Origin: Takakia lepidozioides
Taxonomy: Eukaryota; Plantae; Bryophyta
NCBI GenBank assembly: GCA_030704615.1
Contig: CM060732.1
Span: 41,788,001-41,852,000 of the forward strand
Direction: 5' to 3'
DNA: 64,000 bases
The position numbers and the translations under genes were made by a program. Positions 48,273 to 62,600 of this stretch are shown here, piece by piece (the stretch's first letter is position 1; each line of letters starts with the position of its first letter). Below the pieces are notes generated by a model. The model saw only the letters and a program-made list of their open reading frames with translations, did not search any database and was not told the origin of the DNA.

Positions 48273-51200
48273 CTATCCATGTAGCAAGTACTTAGAAAGA
48301 GGGAAATTGACGCTCTGTGCAACCTGTCACAATCCACCGTATAGCCAAATATCTCAGATGTGGTGTTAATTGGATTTTCACAAATCTGTTCATATTTTTT
48401 TCTTGAACTGTTTATATGTCTGGAAACTACTAACTTAGTGAATGAATAAGAGGAAATATTTCCTGGCTGAGTTCATGTCACTGCAAGTCAGGTACCATCT
48501 ATGGGATAATTTCCTTGAGGTTGAACTCGATTGCAAATTGTGCCAAGGTTGAGGAAATTTGGCCTGCGTTCTTCCCCTACAGTCTAGTGAGTACACCTCC
48601 TGAAGATGCTCAATATCAAGTGGAGGTCCAGAATGAATGCAGCTGCTGCATAGAGCAGTACTGCTGGAACTTCAATAAACAGAAGGCTTTGCAGTTTGCT
48701 TCTATTGGGCTTGTGGCCTTTGCCTGGGTGCACAAACCCATGTGAGATGTCTCAAACTGGGAATGAGAGAGGAGAGAACGCACCTTCTGAATGAGCTCAC
48801 TATCAACATTGCAGCGATACCGAGCCGATCCTTCAAGTGGGTTTGTAGAGCTCCTGTACAAAAGGTTGACACTAACGAGAGTTGACAGTTGCATAAGGAC
48901 ATCAGCCGTGAGTTCTTCGGTCACTTCTCCTTCTCCCTCCCTTTCCTCTTGGTGGAGATCCAAAGAAAAAGATTGGGGAAGGACGGGGAGGTCCACTGTG
49001 CGAGCCGTCTCGCTTTCAACCACGATGCAGCGGAAGATGGCCAGCAATCTCTCAAGAGCAAAGCTGCCTGGGCCTTTGAGTTGCCGCTCTTGTGCTTCTG
49101 CCTCTTTCCTTTCCATGGCAGATGCTGCACTCCTGCAAAACAGTCATTGCAACTCCACCTTCAGCAGTGCACATTGAGAATGCAGGACATAGTGGTTCTT
49201 GCACTGACATGCCTGTTCCTGATCTGGGACTGATAATTCTATTTGTCTCAAGGATCCCCATCCACATGCCTTGAGATATCTGTCTTTCAGTCTATCCCTA
49301 CTTCCCTGGAGCAGGAGAATCATCACTCCCCCCACCAACTCTGATTGATAGGTGGGATTCGCTCCACTTTTCTGGCCCCAAGAATATGGATCAATACATG
49401 GAATAGAGTAAAACACTGGTTTGCAGGTGTCCGACTGTGCAAGATCCCGGCTTATGCACTCTCCTCCCAACTATGGATATTGTGAGATTTTTCATTCCAC
49501 TTTCCTGTTCTACTTTCTATGTCTGCATACTTCTCTTATTCATATGCATTCATTATCTCAATGCCCTAATTTTGTATAGAAGCATGGATTACAGGAATGG
49601 TGAATATAGTGTTTACTCAGTTACACTTACTTCCTCTTGCGCCGTCCACCACCACGAGCATTTTCACCTGAGTCAAACAAACAGGCATCGAGTGTGGCTG
49701 CATTTCGGGAGGCAATGTAAGCTGCCAACAACAGGTACTTGCTACATGAAGGAATCTCAAATTCCAGATCATGAGTCTCCTTCCCTCCAAACAGTGTCCT
49801 CTTGGGAGCTCTCTTTTTGGTCTTGTGTCTGGTTCTCATTCTCTCATCTGAGCCTTTGATTGATGCTGGCGAGACACCTGGTAGATGGATGCGTGAAAAC
49901 TTGCTCACTGACACAGAATTCTAAATAGGTTATGGACAAATTACCGTAACCTGTTTATCACTTGCTCTGGGTAGAAATGATCTAGTTCAGAGTATACAAC
50001 GTGTGAGGCACATCTTTGCCGGTTAGGCACTATTGGAAGGGGCACAAAGGTTGATCAAGTGCAATCTGGCATTCCATTTAACCACCACACTTACCTGGAG
50101 AGGAATCTCCTATGCTTAGGGTTTGAGCAAGGGCTGGTTGGATGTGAGGCTGCAGCAGTGTGTATCGTTGGCGCTTCCCTTGGACATCGGAGGTTGCTGA
50201 AACATCCCCACAAAGAACTGGCTCACAGTACTTCTGAAATAGGGGATCCAGACTCCTCACCAGTTCCGTGACCCGCCGGCATGGCCGGCTGAATGTCTTC
50301 AGGACCGCACTGCAGCCAAGACAGCGCACATTTCTACATTTACACAACCAGCATATGTAGCCTTTTGACCCCATAAACTCTGCCTGTTCAGTGTCCATTG
50401 GGCACTTCAGGCCTGCTGCCAATGTAAAAGTTCTTTCTCCTTTCTCTCTGTTTCTTTGTTTCTTACTTCTCTATCTCCATACGCCCTCTCTGTTTATTGA
50501 ATTGAACAAGGAGGAAACAAGGAGGAATTTATAGAGATAAAAAGGAGAAATGGGGGGAGGGCAGACGGTATGCAGGCATACTGGAGAAGGGGAAAGGCAA
50601 TACCTCAGAAAGGAAGCATACAGATACACATTGGGCCGCTGCTGCAGAAGGATTTGAAAGAGCTCGTTGTCATTGTAATCTCGGAAATATAAAGGGAGGG
50701 GCTCCCGAGATCCCATGGATGCTTGAAATCCATCAGGTCCAACATGACTGATGAATAAGAGACCCAAATTCGGTAGTCTAGCCAGCTCTGAAAGCTTGAA
50801 CAGTGCTGCAAGGAGGATCACTCCCCCTGTCCACTCCCGCATTAGCTCCACATTGTCAACTACCAAGTACACCATTACAGGGTGTATCTGTGATTGTGTT
50901 CCACAAGGAGGTGAGACCGGGGCGCTCTGTTCTGCAAAATGGGAGGGCATGATTGCATCAGGAGTTGTTTGTAATTATCTGAGACTTCAAGCCAACCAAA
51001 CATGTTTTAAGTTCCCACAGCCTCAACCAATTTGTCTGCCCAAGTACCTATCTGGCCCTTCCCCAGGTATACAGGTGATGTTATAGCCCTCTTGTTATAC
51101 ACAGGTGACTGATTACCTGGAATTACTAATGCAGGTCATTCAGGCACACAAAGGGAATTGTGATGTCATTTCTCTGCAATTAAGACGTTTTCAACCAGCT

Positions 51201-52388
51201 AAATGAGGAGTTGTCACCAAACTTGAGTTCCTTTAGAGACATAAAATTGAGCAACGACTTACACACACCTTCTTGGAGGCGCCAAACTGTTGCTTCCTGT
51301 CATGGCTCCGGCGAGCCATAGCTTGGGCAACAGCACCCGGCAAGTGTTCCACGAAATCGGGGAGCCTCTCACACCGCCTAGAGCTACTGTAATTGTTCGC
51401 AGCTGATCTTACGTGACATACAAGCTGGTTGAGAACAGATTCAAAAAGAAGCCTGGGGCTGTGGCAAGAGCGGCAGCTCACATAAGCGTGGGGTCGTCCT
51501 AAAACTCTCATTGACTCACACACAATGCTAGTCTTGCCAGTTGCGTGTGCCCCATAAAGAAGCAGGGGTGGGATAGTGTCGTCAGCTTCCCCCAGAACAC
51601 TGAGAAGTTCGGCGATTTCATGCCTGCAGTCCCATCCTGTTGGATTAGTTGCAAGCATTGGAAGCAAATCAGCTACATACCACGCACGTACCTGTTCTAA
51701 GAAGACAAATCATCTTGGTCATTCGATCCAGTTTCTGTATCAGCCCCAACTTGTCGATAGATGTCGTGTCAATCCCCTGAGAGGCTTGTTACAGGCTAGA
51801 AATGAGTGTTGATCTAACAAGAACCCCAATATTTCGAGGTTATTGGCAGTCCTTGTTTGAGATTGGTGTTTGGATCAGGGTCCATGGGGTCGCCTTCCAT
51901 TTGGAAAATCCCTGAGACACTTCAGTGTCTTCAAAACGGGAAAAGCTTCTTGGATTTCTGAATCTGGTGTTGTTCGTGCAGCTGATAATTTCTATTTTTG
52001 AAAGAGCGATAGCATTGAGCCTGGACGTAGGTCAGTTACTGCCCAAGACACGAGAGAGAGAGAGAGAGAGAGAGAGACATTACTTGCGGCCCGGGAAGAG
52101 ATCGTTCAGGTGCTTGAGCACTCTCATGGAGGAGGTGCACGTCCCTGGTGGCTGTCTTCCTCCCTCTGCAGCATTCATATCCAACCTTCTTAGCGTCCGC
52201 TTCAAAAAAGGCGGAGACTTGGACTCTGAACCCCCCGCCGGGCTTGCATTAGCTTGAGGCGAGGGCGGAGTAGCCATCGCGGTATCACCAGCACAGAAAA
52301 CTGCAGAGAAAGTCTTCCTTGGGCTTGATCTTGTGGGACGAGCCAGAGCACCAGCATAGAAGAGAGGATCCTCCATCACTGCTTCCAT
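48273..52388 (-). CDS. ORC5: Origin recognition complex subunit 5, multi-exon
   Basis: Exon 1 (52388-52084) ...LFPGRK splices to HEIAELL..LLLYGAHATGKT (Walker A)..YVSCRSCHSPRLLFESVLNQL. Further exons give VYLVVDNVELMREW, LYFRDY, FSRPCRRVTEL, SVSKF..SRNAATLD and GPGSFALERLLAIF..RYRCNV. The last exon (48323-48273) reads VAQSVNFPLSKYLLHG*. Confidence 0.93.
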
Positions 52389-52593
52389 GGCTGCGGAGGT
52401 GCGAGACAGACTTCAGAGAAACCAAACTCCAGAGAGCTGTTTAACGAGCACCGACGATGTCCCCCTCCTCTCTGGAGGAGACTTGACGTTCGTCCATGCA
52501 CATGACCGTTAAGTCTTTTATTCGTCGGTCACGAGCGAGTCATTATGCCTGGCGAAACCTGGCGAATCCATGCTGGTATCTGTAGCCAGAAGC

Positions 52594-52601
52594 GCGGGAA
52601 A
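52594..52601 (-). promoter_or_regulatory. E2F consensus site TTTCCCGC in the ORC5 / MyTH4-FERM divergent promoter
   Basis: gcgggaaa lies ~205 bp upstream of the ORC5 ATG, with a near-copy gcgcgggag 14 bp away. Confidence 0.55.
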
Positions 52602-53603
52602 GAAAGCGCGGGAGTCCACATGGCGCCATGACGACAGCTGCGGATGAAATTATTTTTTCTCGTTGATGCTGTGAGGTTGCTGTGAGGACGGACGGACGAA
52701 AGTCGTTGCTTGAATCTTTAATGGATGTGGATGAGAGGACATCCGTGTCGTGCCAGCTCGGCAGCCCGGAGAGAACTTTCCTGGGCTACCCTATTGCAGT
52801 GCTCTGCCCTGAAGAGAAATTTTCTGGTAGGGCACTTCTCGTCGTCCTCGAGAGTCTTCCAGTTTCTTGATGTCCAGAGAACGTTGATTAGGGTTTCATG
52901 CTGCAGATCAGATCTCTGCTCGGATGCTTCGCAGTTTGTTGATGGAGCGAAGATTTTAATGGAACATCACACAAAACACGCTTCGGATCTTTCTAACATC
53001 GAAAATTTGTCCGCCTGCTGGCGCATTCGCCCACACAGAGACCTAATTGGCCTCTACTGATGCTCTCTGAGCACAGAACCCCCGTCGATGCGACACGTTC
53101 AAGCTCCAGCACCCGGATTTCAAGTCGCGGAAGCTGTTGTTAGGTTGCAGTTCAGGCTTATTGTCTGGTATTGTTTCATGCTCTGGTCAGGCTGGTGGGG
53201 TTACGTTCATCTGTGATGTGATGAGCTATATGGGATGTAAGTGCACATCGATCTCTGCGTACGTGCTGCGACCCTTCGACCTCTGCATGCGCACTCACTG
53301 GAAATCGAAGAAGCTCTTGCCTGCAAACTTTCCATGGAAGAAATGCGATGTTAAAGAGACGTTCAGTTTGTAGACGAGCAGATGTTCACAGTTTTTCTGC
53401 AGAGTTATGGTGAAAACACGATTACTTGGTGGACATCTGAAAATGGATCTTCCCATCTCTAGAAACACGACAACTCAAGATGTAAAAAGTACATCTTGTG
53501 GGCTGTGACAGACTTCATGCTGTGTGTGATAGTTATCTTGGAAACACTTTCAAGGGAGTTATTGGTTGGCACCACATTCTTGCAGCCGTAAGACTTGCTT
53601 TCC

Positions 53604-56600
53604 ATGGAGAAGAAGGGTTCTGCGGACGATTCTCAATCTAGTTATAGCGATGACTCTGGCAGTGGCTCTACGAGTGAGGCGAGTGAGGCTGGCATTGATG
53701 TACAGCCATTGGACAGAAATGTGGGCTCGCCGGAGGATCAGTACAAGCCCCTGTCACACCATCCCTCTGCGAGTCATCAAATTAGGTCTGACGCACCAAC
53801 GTCACCTGCACCATCCCTCCTCTCACTGCAAGAGATGCAGTCCAAGTACCCCCCGTCTTCTCCCTCAGTAAGTCCTCCAATCAGGTTTCCTACACCATCG
53901 CTACACCCGCTACGAATACAGGAATCCATACCCCGTCCACCCCCTCCCTCCGTTAGTGGGCGGATTAGGGATGCTACACCATCGCCACCTACATCATTGC
54001 TTCATTCACGAGAAGAGGTGCAGTCCAAGCCCGTCCCGCCTCCTCCCTCAGCCTCCGCGAGTATTAGAGATCCCACACCATGGCTACACCCACTTCCACA
54101 TAGTACCTTGATGAACTCCCCTTCATCTCCCTTTCCCCATATCCTTCCCCCACCATTGCGTGGCCTTGCGCCATCTTTGCCCTCGGTACAAGGAAGTACG
54201 ACTATCAATTCCCCTCGCCCTCCATCTCGTCAAGAACTTGAGGGCTGTATACCTCAAACCCTCCCTCTGTCTCCCCCCTCAGATGACCCGCTCCCAAGTG
54301 ATGGCCCAGACGAACTTACCCCGACGGCACCTAAGCGAGATGGGGGACTGGGGATGTCAATGTGGCCTTGTAAGCAGGGACAGGGCGCCCTGCCGAAGAT
54401 GGTGGGCAGCTCAGGATTCTCTACCCCCAAGAAAGACCATCGTCAGCCGGTTCAGCAGAATCACTCTGAGATTCACTTTGACGACAGCAATGAAATCGCT
54501 TCATCTGACCACGAACACGAGAGGTTGTTGCCCACCTGGCACGACATTGAGCCATTAAAAAATCTTGCGCCACAATCCCTGAGTGAAGGTGAACTTACCC
54601 CTATATCCCCTAAGAGAGACAGAGGAACCCCTCTGTCGATGGAAAGGGAAGCTCCACATAACAGGGAGCGCGATTCAACCCCAGGAGAGAACATCTTCAG
54701 CACATTCAGCAGGAATATTGAGATTCACCCTGGGAGTGAATGGTCGGAGGGAATGTCTCGTTTTGACTCCACCAGCGAAACAGCCTCCTCTGACGAAAGC
54801 ATTGATGAAATAGCCTCCTGTAGCGGATTTGGTATTGACGGAGGTAGTCCATCACACCACATATCTCAAGGAAACTATTCGGGCACTGGGGCCAACTCGC
54901 CCAGGAATTTTCTCCCGATGCAGCACGACCCATTTTTGAACCCATACATGAAGTTCACATCAAATACGCTCTTCGAGAATGAGGCGCTGGACAAGGGTAG
55001 AAGACATTTTGATGAGAGCTTTGTACCTCAGCCTCTTTTGTCGGGCACCGTTTTTAATACAGACAGACACACCGATACATGCCACCGTGAGGCCACAAGG
55101 ACACGAGTGCTGGCACAGTCCACCAATAAAACTTCTCTAACAACCAGACAATCGCCGGAAGCTGAAGAGCTCCAGCGACCATTTTTAGGCAAGTCTCAAT
55201 TGCAAATAGGTGGACCCGCAACGATGGAGTGGACGGATGAAGCCGGAGTCAACATTCTCTTGGAGAATGAAATTCAAACTGCCAATCTCCGAGCAGCAAA
55301 AGATCTCACAAGCGACAGGATGATGCACACACTGAGCGCTGAATCTGCTAAGGCAAAACAGCTTGGCAGTGTTCCTAGGCGTGTGTGTGAGGTAAACACA
55401 AACTTTGACTTCTTGTCCAGGTTTAATTTGAGTTGGACCGAGGCTGCAATGACTGTGTGCTAGAAATTGCAGGAAATTGTACTGGTCTGGATTAGAACCT
55501 GCTGCTTATGTCCGTTTTCGGTTGGAATAGGAAGTTGTGATTGGGAGGTCAGTCGTGCCAAAAGACAAAGGGACTCCGAACCGAGAGTAAGTGCGTATCA
55601 CTTCACGTAATCCTCTCTTCCTATGTGTCTGCCCCTTTGCCTCACTGAGTGGGGTGCTGGGAGCACTTAATTCCTGCTTTCTTGGTAAATGGGAACACAA
55701 GATATTGAGGGTATATAGCTTCTCCTGAAAAATTATACTAGAATTATTTCCCTTTAACAACTTTTTGAGCTGGGGAGATAGAATGATAGATAGATAGATA
55801 GATATTTTGGAGCTAAAAAAGTTGGAGCTTTTCAAAATTCATTTTTGTTTTCTAATAGATATTCTGGGCCAGGAAGGCCATAGTGCGAGTTGCCAACTCG
55901 CGGACATACCCTGGACTTTGAACCAGCTTGAGTCTTAAAATCAACAGAACTAACAAGTCTTCTCCTGCTGTTCAACTTGTTGATCAGTTGTAGACCTTGG
56001 GGCAACCCTCCCCATCCATGTTCATTTGAGGTTGGGCAAAACTCTGAACTTACTATTACTATCAACTACTGACATTCAGACAAATGCTAGTCAGTACTGT
56101 AATCTCATGAAATCTGTATCTCTGCCTCTCCCTCTTCCTCTCTCCACCTCTTCCCACAGGTCGAGGCCCCTGTGTAGGTTATCAAGTTTCTTTCTTTCTT
56201 TACCGTTTCATTTTATTTCATTTCTCTACATGAGGCCTTGACCCTTAGGCAATCCCTTAAAGCAGTTGCTTTTGGGCTGCTTTTGGCTCTCTCTTTAAGT
56301 GGTTTTGTCTTACTCATTCTTGTTTCTTGTTTTTCCTTTTGTCCCATAAGCTCTTTGAGCTTTCTGTGGATGTTATGAAGTACCACCATTTCATTTCATT
56401 TCAGTTCTCTTGAAGTTTCTTGAAGTTGTTCTGCTTTCTTCTGAAAATGAGTGCTGTTTCCGTTTTGACAGTGGAATGCAACATTATGATACCTGCAATT
56501 GTGAACAGTCATCTGAATCAGAAGGCATACTGTTGCCAGATTCTGCGAACAAGTATCCATTTGCATATTTTGCATCACACTACTTCAATGGCAGGAAGGA

Positions 56601-59600
56601 GGAGCCCCTGGAGAATCTCATCCAATTTACAAAGGCGCATCTCTTTTCCCTTGGGATAACTTTATCATGAATTATGTTGCCCTGGAAGTAGTCCTTAAAA
56701 TGATTCCATGATAGTTCCATGATTTTCTTACTGATCCTGTACAAAGTTTGGACCACAGTTGAGAAACTTCACTATCCATGTTTAAGAAACACGCATAGCT
56801 TTGTGATGAGCGGGTGGCAGGAGCCCTTGGAAATACCATTGCTGGAGAAGGTGAAACTCAAGCACATCGCCATCATTGTGTTTGCACGTAATTTCAACCT
56901 GTCACAGCCTGTAATTCTTTCCCTCCTAAACATGATTCATTAGTGTCTGTTGTATTGTTGATGACATCTGGTTTGCGAAACAACCTTACTTGGATACGAG
57001 TAGAAGTTTCTCCCATATCAGTCATGGCATTAGATGCACAGCCAAAACAGGGCAGCAGAAGGAAAAGAAGGGCCTAGCATAGAGAGACTATAATTGCCAC
57101 CAAGAGAGGCAGAGACAAAAGATGGGTGGAAGAGTTAGGGTTAAGTCATACTTCCATGTTTGCTCTGGCTGCTGTGGAAGTCTTCGACTCCATGATCAGC
57201 ATACTTCTTCAGTTGGATCTTAAGTGGCTATTCCCCCAAGCAGAACTCTAATTTTCATTATACATTAGAGTTGTGACTTTAGTTAAACTGCAGCCATGAG
57301 TGTCCTCCTGACTGGGTTAGGGGTAAAACCTTTTGGGAGACAGATTTAATGGCGTACATGGGAGACCTACCAGCAGAGCACAGCTCTTTGTATCATGTAC
57401 ACCAGGTTTTACTGGCAGGGATGAAGCATCCGAATATGTGTGATGAAATCTTTTGTCAGATCTGCAAACAGATCCATAACAATCCAAGCAGGCAGGTCAT
57501 TTACTTCATAACTCATTTACTAACTCAAAACTCATAACTCATTTACTTCATAACTCCTCATGACTTTAAATTTCCAAGGCTACATGGATTTATCGAGTGA
57601 GTAATGTGGGTGATGGGGTACGGACGGGCACAGTGTCAGCTGTCAAAGGGGATGGCAAGCTATGTTGCTTTGCTGTGGCATGTTTGCTCCTTCGTGTGTG
57701 TTTCGACCGTATTTAGAGACCCATCTGGAACAGGTTCTCTTTCTCAACCTGAGTTCAAGAGATCTGTTGGTTTTATAAGGTTCAGTAGTTTGAAGCTAGT
57801 AGTCCCCACCCCAGCAAATCGCTCCTATATGTTCCTTTAGTGTTCTGAAAATGGACAGGGAAGAAATTGTCGTTACAGAATAACAACAGGAGTGGCATCT
57901 TTGCCTGTGGGTGTAGCAAATCATGTACGTCAAAACTACTGATTGGAGGGTTGTCATGGCACTAAAGCTTAGCTGTGGGCTCTTCATTATTCGCACCCCT
58001 ACGTATGTTGTTTCATCAGTATGTTGTTGAATTTCACAGCCAACAGTTGCAAAATGCATCACACCAGCTAAAAGAAGAAATTTTCCCCTCCCATATACGC
58101 TGTGGTGTCCCATAAACTCTTTGAGCTTCCCTTGGCTGGTATGGAGTCTTCTCCTTCTGCCCAGGAGTCCTGGAACTGGGAGGCATACAGTCTGAGACTT
58201 GATGGGGCTTATGACTTTGTGCTTCCTCAGAGGGTCCAGAACCCATGGTTAAGTCCGGTTGATTGGTGTCAGGTAGTGAGTGGAGAGCTTAGAGGGACTA
58301 GAGCCAAATTGTGATAGCTATGCTCAATCAACAGGTGCATGGAAATCCAGATGCAGCTTCATTTTCTTTGTTGCGTATGCGGAAACTGGCACAGACTGGT
58401 CCCCGTTGGCTGCTTCCCTTGTCTGAGGAAGTCAATGCTATTGAGGTGTCCAAATTTTCCTCTCCATCTCTGTGAAATCTGTCTGTACATGGGCCTCCTC
58501 ATCTCTTGCGTACATTACCTGGAGTGGAATCTATGTCTACATTTGGAACTGTCTCTGGGTTGAACAGGCAATTTGCATTCCTAGTAGATGTAAATGGAAA
58601 AGGATCATGAAGGAAGTCTCTGCCAACTGATATTTCTGGATCAGGCCACCTCTCATTTGTTCGAAATAGAACCAGAAGCCAAATAGTAAAGGGGATGCTG
58701 CTCACCTATCTCCACAGGGAGATATGTAGAATTAATGAGGGACACAGGCAGCTACATTTTGTACTGAAGCAGTTGACCCTCCGAGGATAGACACAAAATT
58801 AATATGTGCTTAACCACATGACAGGGAAACAGTATTCCAGGTTGGAATGAACAGCAATATTCCAGCCTCAAATACAAGCCACTCCTTGTTAAAACCAAGA
58901 GCTTTAAAGGAGGTTTACTATTCCATAAGACATGGGTGGCCAAAAATCCATTGGGGTCCTCAGACCTTAAATCATGCGTTGGGTTAAAAGAAAGAGGGAA
59001 GAAGACAGGAACACTTGCAATTAGACCTCTGGGCTGTGTGGTGCTTTTGTCCATTGCACTTCATCCTGTGAAAAAGCAAGCTGGATTCTAGCCCTAAGAT
59101 CCCTCCCCGCCCTAATAGTGTCCTTCCAGGAACAATTTAAGACCTTTGTTTAGCCAAGAAGTCCATGGCACTCAAACCTCCATGCAGCTTGCAGGCAGTG
59201 GCTCGTCAAGGACTTGTGTGCACAGCACGGTCCTGGCACTGGAAACCAAGGCCGCTTCCCTAGAAGGTGAGCAGTGGGGTAACACCCAGCTCCCAAACTT
59301 GCTGGGCGCCCTGACATTCTCGCAGACAGTCTTTCAGACATTCCTTCTGGCCTAAGTGCAAAGTTGTATGCAACCCAGTGTCAGACCTCAGTTGCAAGAG
59401 CTTCAGCCAATGAAAGGTAGAACTATTTGAAATATTGCCAATGCCCAGAACCTACTTCACAAAAATCCAGAATTTTGGGAGAGGAGAAGTCCTAGTATGT
59501 GGTAGTGAGGTGAGCAGAAAGGAAGACCACAATTCATGGTATGAAAGAGAAAACTAAAGGGTCGTAGGGCTGCTCACAGTGGGGGCTGCATCGCAATACA

Positions 59601-62600
59601 GTAAAATAACAACAGACAAGAGACATCAAATATCTAGATTTAACTGCTGTGGTGTTTTTCCTGCAAAGAAATAAGTTGCCCTTGTGCTGCAGAAGATGGA
59701 AGGTATCCCCCTTAGTATATATGTCCCCGGTGGCACTTGTCAGGTATTCACTTTCTTTCTTTTATGAGCATCCAACCTTATTTTGTTGGGCGAACATGGC
59801 TGTGCACATTTCTGATAGGACAGATGGTAGGCTCGTAATTGGCAATTCTGTGTTGAGAACACATAAGTCACTTGGTTATGATTGCCTTTCCTATTCACCT
59901 TCTACAATCTGGTCTGGGGTCTCTCTTGGGTCAGTTAGAGGAAAAGACCTAAAGAACTAGACCTATGTCCACAAGAGAAATGCAATCATTAGACTCTACT
60001 TACTGTAGCTGCTGCTTTGAAATGTCATGATTGTAGCACTCCTTTCCCATCTGAGGCTTTCTGGATAGAGTGCTGGTGTAATCTTACCAAATCCTTTCCT
60101 ATTTATTTTCTTTGGAAGTGGTTCGCCTAACCAATCTTCCAAGATTAGGAGGCGCTTAGATGATTCTCTGGTTGCTGACCCAGTCGGCCTTTCCATGGTT
60201 ATGATCAAGAGTTTTGGATATGAATTGTGGGACAGCCCGTTTCCTTGCCCAAAAAGAGATCGGAGAAGGGAATGAATTAGAATGTCCACAAAAACCCAAG
60301 AGAGCTTATGACTGAAAGAAGCAGCACAAGAAGAGAGTGTCATTATATCCATGGGAGAGAAGGAAGAGTGGATGGTAGACGAAGCCACAGAAGAGAATGA
60401 CAAGACAAAGAAATCTATGCTATGTGTGGACACAGCTTCAGGTCACACAGAAGATCTTACAAAGAGAAGACATCCTTGAATTTTGTGTCCAAAGAGTAAT
60501 TCTTGCAAGCTTCTGATCTGTCAAATCGGTGTTTGTACAAAGGTTTTGTGTGTCGATCCGATGAGCACTGCTGAGGATGTGACTGCGGAAATTGTAGAAC
60601 GTCTGGAGTTGTTGGAGACCAAATACTATGGCATATTTCTTCTTGACATAAATGGAGGTGCTCCTCTTACTTCCTGAGATCACATTGAGGATTATGGTTG
60701 CTAATGAACACTCTGGACTAACTGTAGATTCTGTAGAGAAGCAGGTAGGACTTGGGCTTTGTTCTTCACGAATCTGCAACAATAGACTTTAGAGTTAGTT
60801 ACAAACTTAGTGGAAAATAACTTCGTAACTGTTTTCTGTGAGGAGATGGGTGACAGTTCTAGTTGAGGAATCTTTGCAATTTTTAGTCTGTAAACTCTGG
60901 AAGTGAGCACAGCTTCTGGCTAACTGGAAAACTTCTCTAGTGTGAATCTTCCGCAACTAATCAACCACATTGGGAAAGTAGCTGTTGCTGAACAACTTCT
61001 GCTCCAGTTATATACCGCACTTCCAATCAATAGACCATTTCATGCGCTCAACTGCCTAAACATCATTATTTGCGGCAGGAGAAGTTGTAGCTAATTTACT
61101 GATTTACTCATGGCCAGTTGAGAAACTCCTATCCAGAAATGACTACATGACAGATACAATAGCCAGCTGGAACCTTGCAGCCTCTGTTTCCCCGGACAGC
61201 CTGTTCTCAGCAGGAGGAAAGGCACTTGTGGGTGTGGAAAAGAGGAATAGCTGCAACAACTTGGGTCCTGGTCCCTCCCATAGCTGCAACAGATTTGTGA
61301 GCCATTTGAGGGAAGGATGCAATAAAGCCACCCATGCAGGCACTGGCAATCTGGAAGCTCCTGACAGGGGAAGCAAAAGCAGGCCAAAACCCACGTTCGT
61401 GATGAAGAGGAAACTTTTTGGGGATAGAAAGCAGCTTCGTAGCCCTACTAATCGGACTTCAGTGGTGTCTTTTGATTACTCACAGGTGACATACGGAGGT
61501 GTCTCATATCATCAAGTTTGACTGTCTAATGTTCTGCTCAAATGTAGAAGATGTAGTCTGATGATAACCTCCTTCATTTATGCCAAAATGTTGCAACGAT
61601 ACACCACAGATGTGATAACCTGATTAGGTCAGGTGACATTCTGTGTGAGGTGAATCTAGAAATGAGTATATCGTTCTTATGAATCTGTCACGGCATCCAA
61701 AGTTTTGTGGTTTGGTGGGTGATTCTCAGCTTTGAGGTATCCAGTGCCTCAAACAATTGATGCAGATGTTTCTTAAGAGTTATGACACCAGATTCTGAAT
61801 GAAGAATAATTGTCTTTATAATGATAGTTATTGGACTACCCTCTGCTGTCTGCATCTGTAATTGTGGTGTGCTTGGCTTTCAGGCAGTGCATGAAGTGCT
61901 AACCAGCAACTACGCGCTTAAAGAAGTGGATGCTTTGATGTTGGGGGCCCTCCAAGTGAGAGCTGAGTATGGTTCCAATGTCCCACATAAAATTCTTTCG
62001 TACGCACCCTTCCCTGGAATTTCCTGGATTGTTGTTGGTGTAAAACTGAGGCAAATTGCTAGTTTGTTGAAAGTGCTACATATTTGCTTATTATCGCACC
62101 TGTTATCCACAATTTCGTTTCTTCCATGGTGAAGGAATCTCCTCTGTTTGTCCCCTTTTGTGCTCCATTCAAATGTGGTCATGACGCTATCGCAAGTTGT
62201 GGCACATCCTAAAATGTGTCAATAGTCCTGTATATTATTTCCTCTCCCCTACATTCCTACCTTATGCCAACTTCACTTTCTCTCATATGGCTCTAGCTGG
62301 AGCCTAATGTGGTCTTCCTGACGGTGTTGGATCTCTCTTTCTCGGATGATTTCAACTAGAGGCTGATGGTTAGCAATAGAGTTCAAACAGGGGCATGACA
62401 GCTTCAAAGTTTGGGCCCAAAGAATTTGTTCAAGGTAAGGAGAAGCGATGGAAGAAGGCTTTACTGAAGACGTTTCATGCATTGCCGGTGGAGACAGACG
62501 AGATAATTTGTAGACAAGACTACCTGGACTTCTTCAGCGGTTGTTGTCCTTCATATGGGTCTTGCTTCTTCTTTGTTGAGGTGAGTGATGGCTTTGTATT

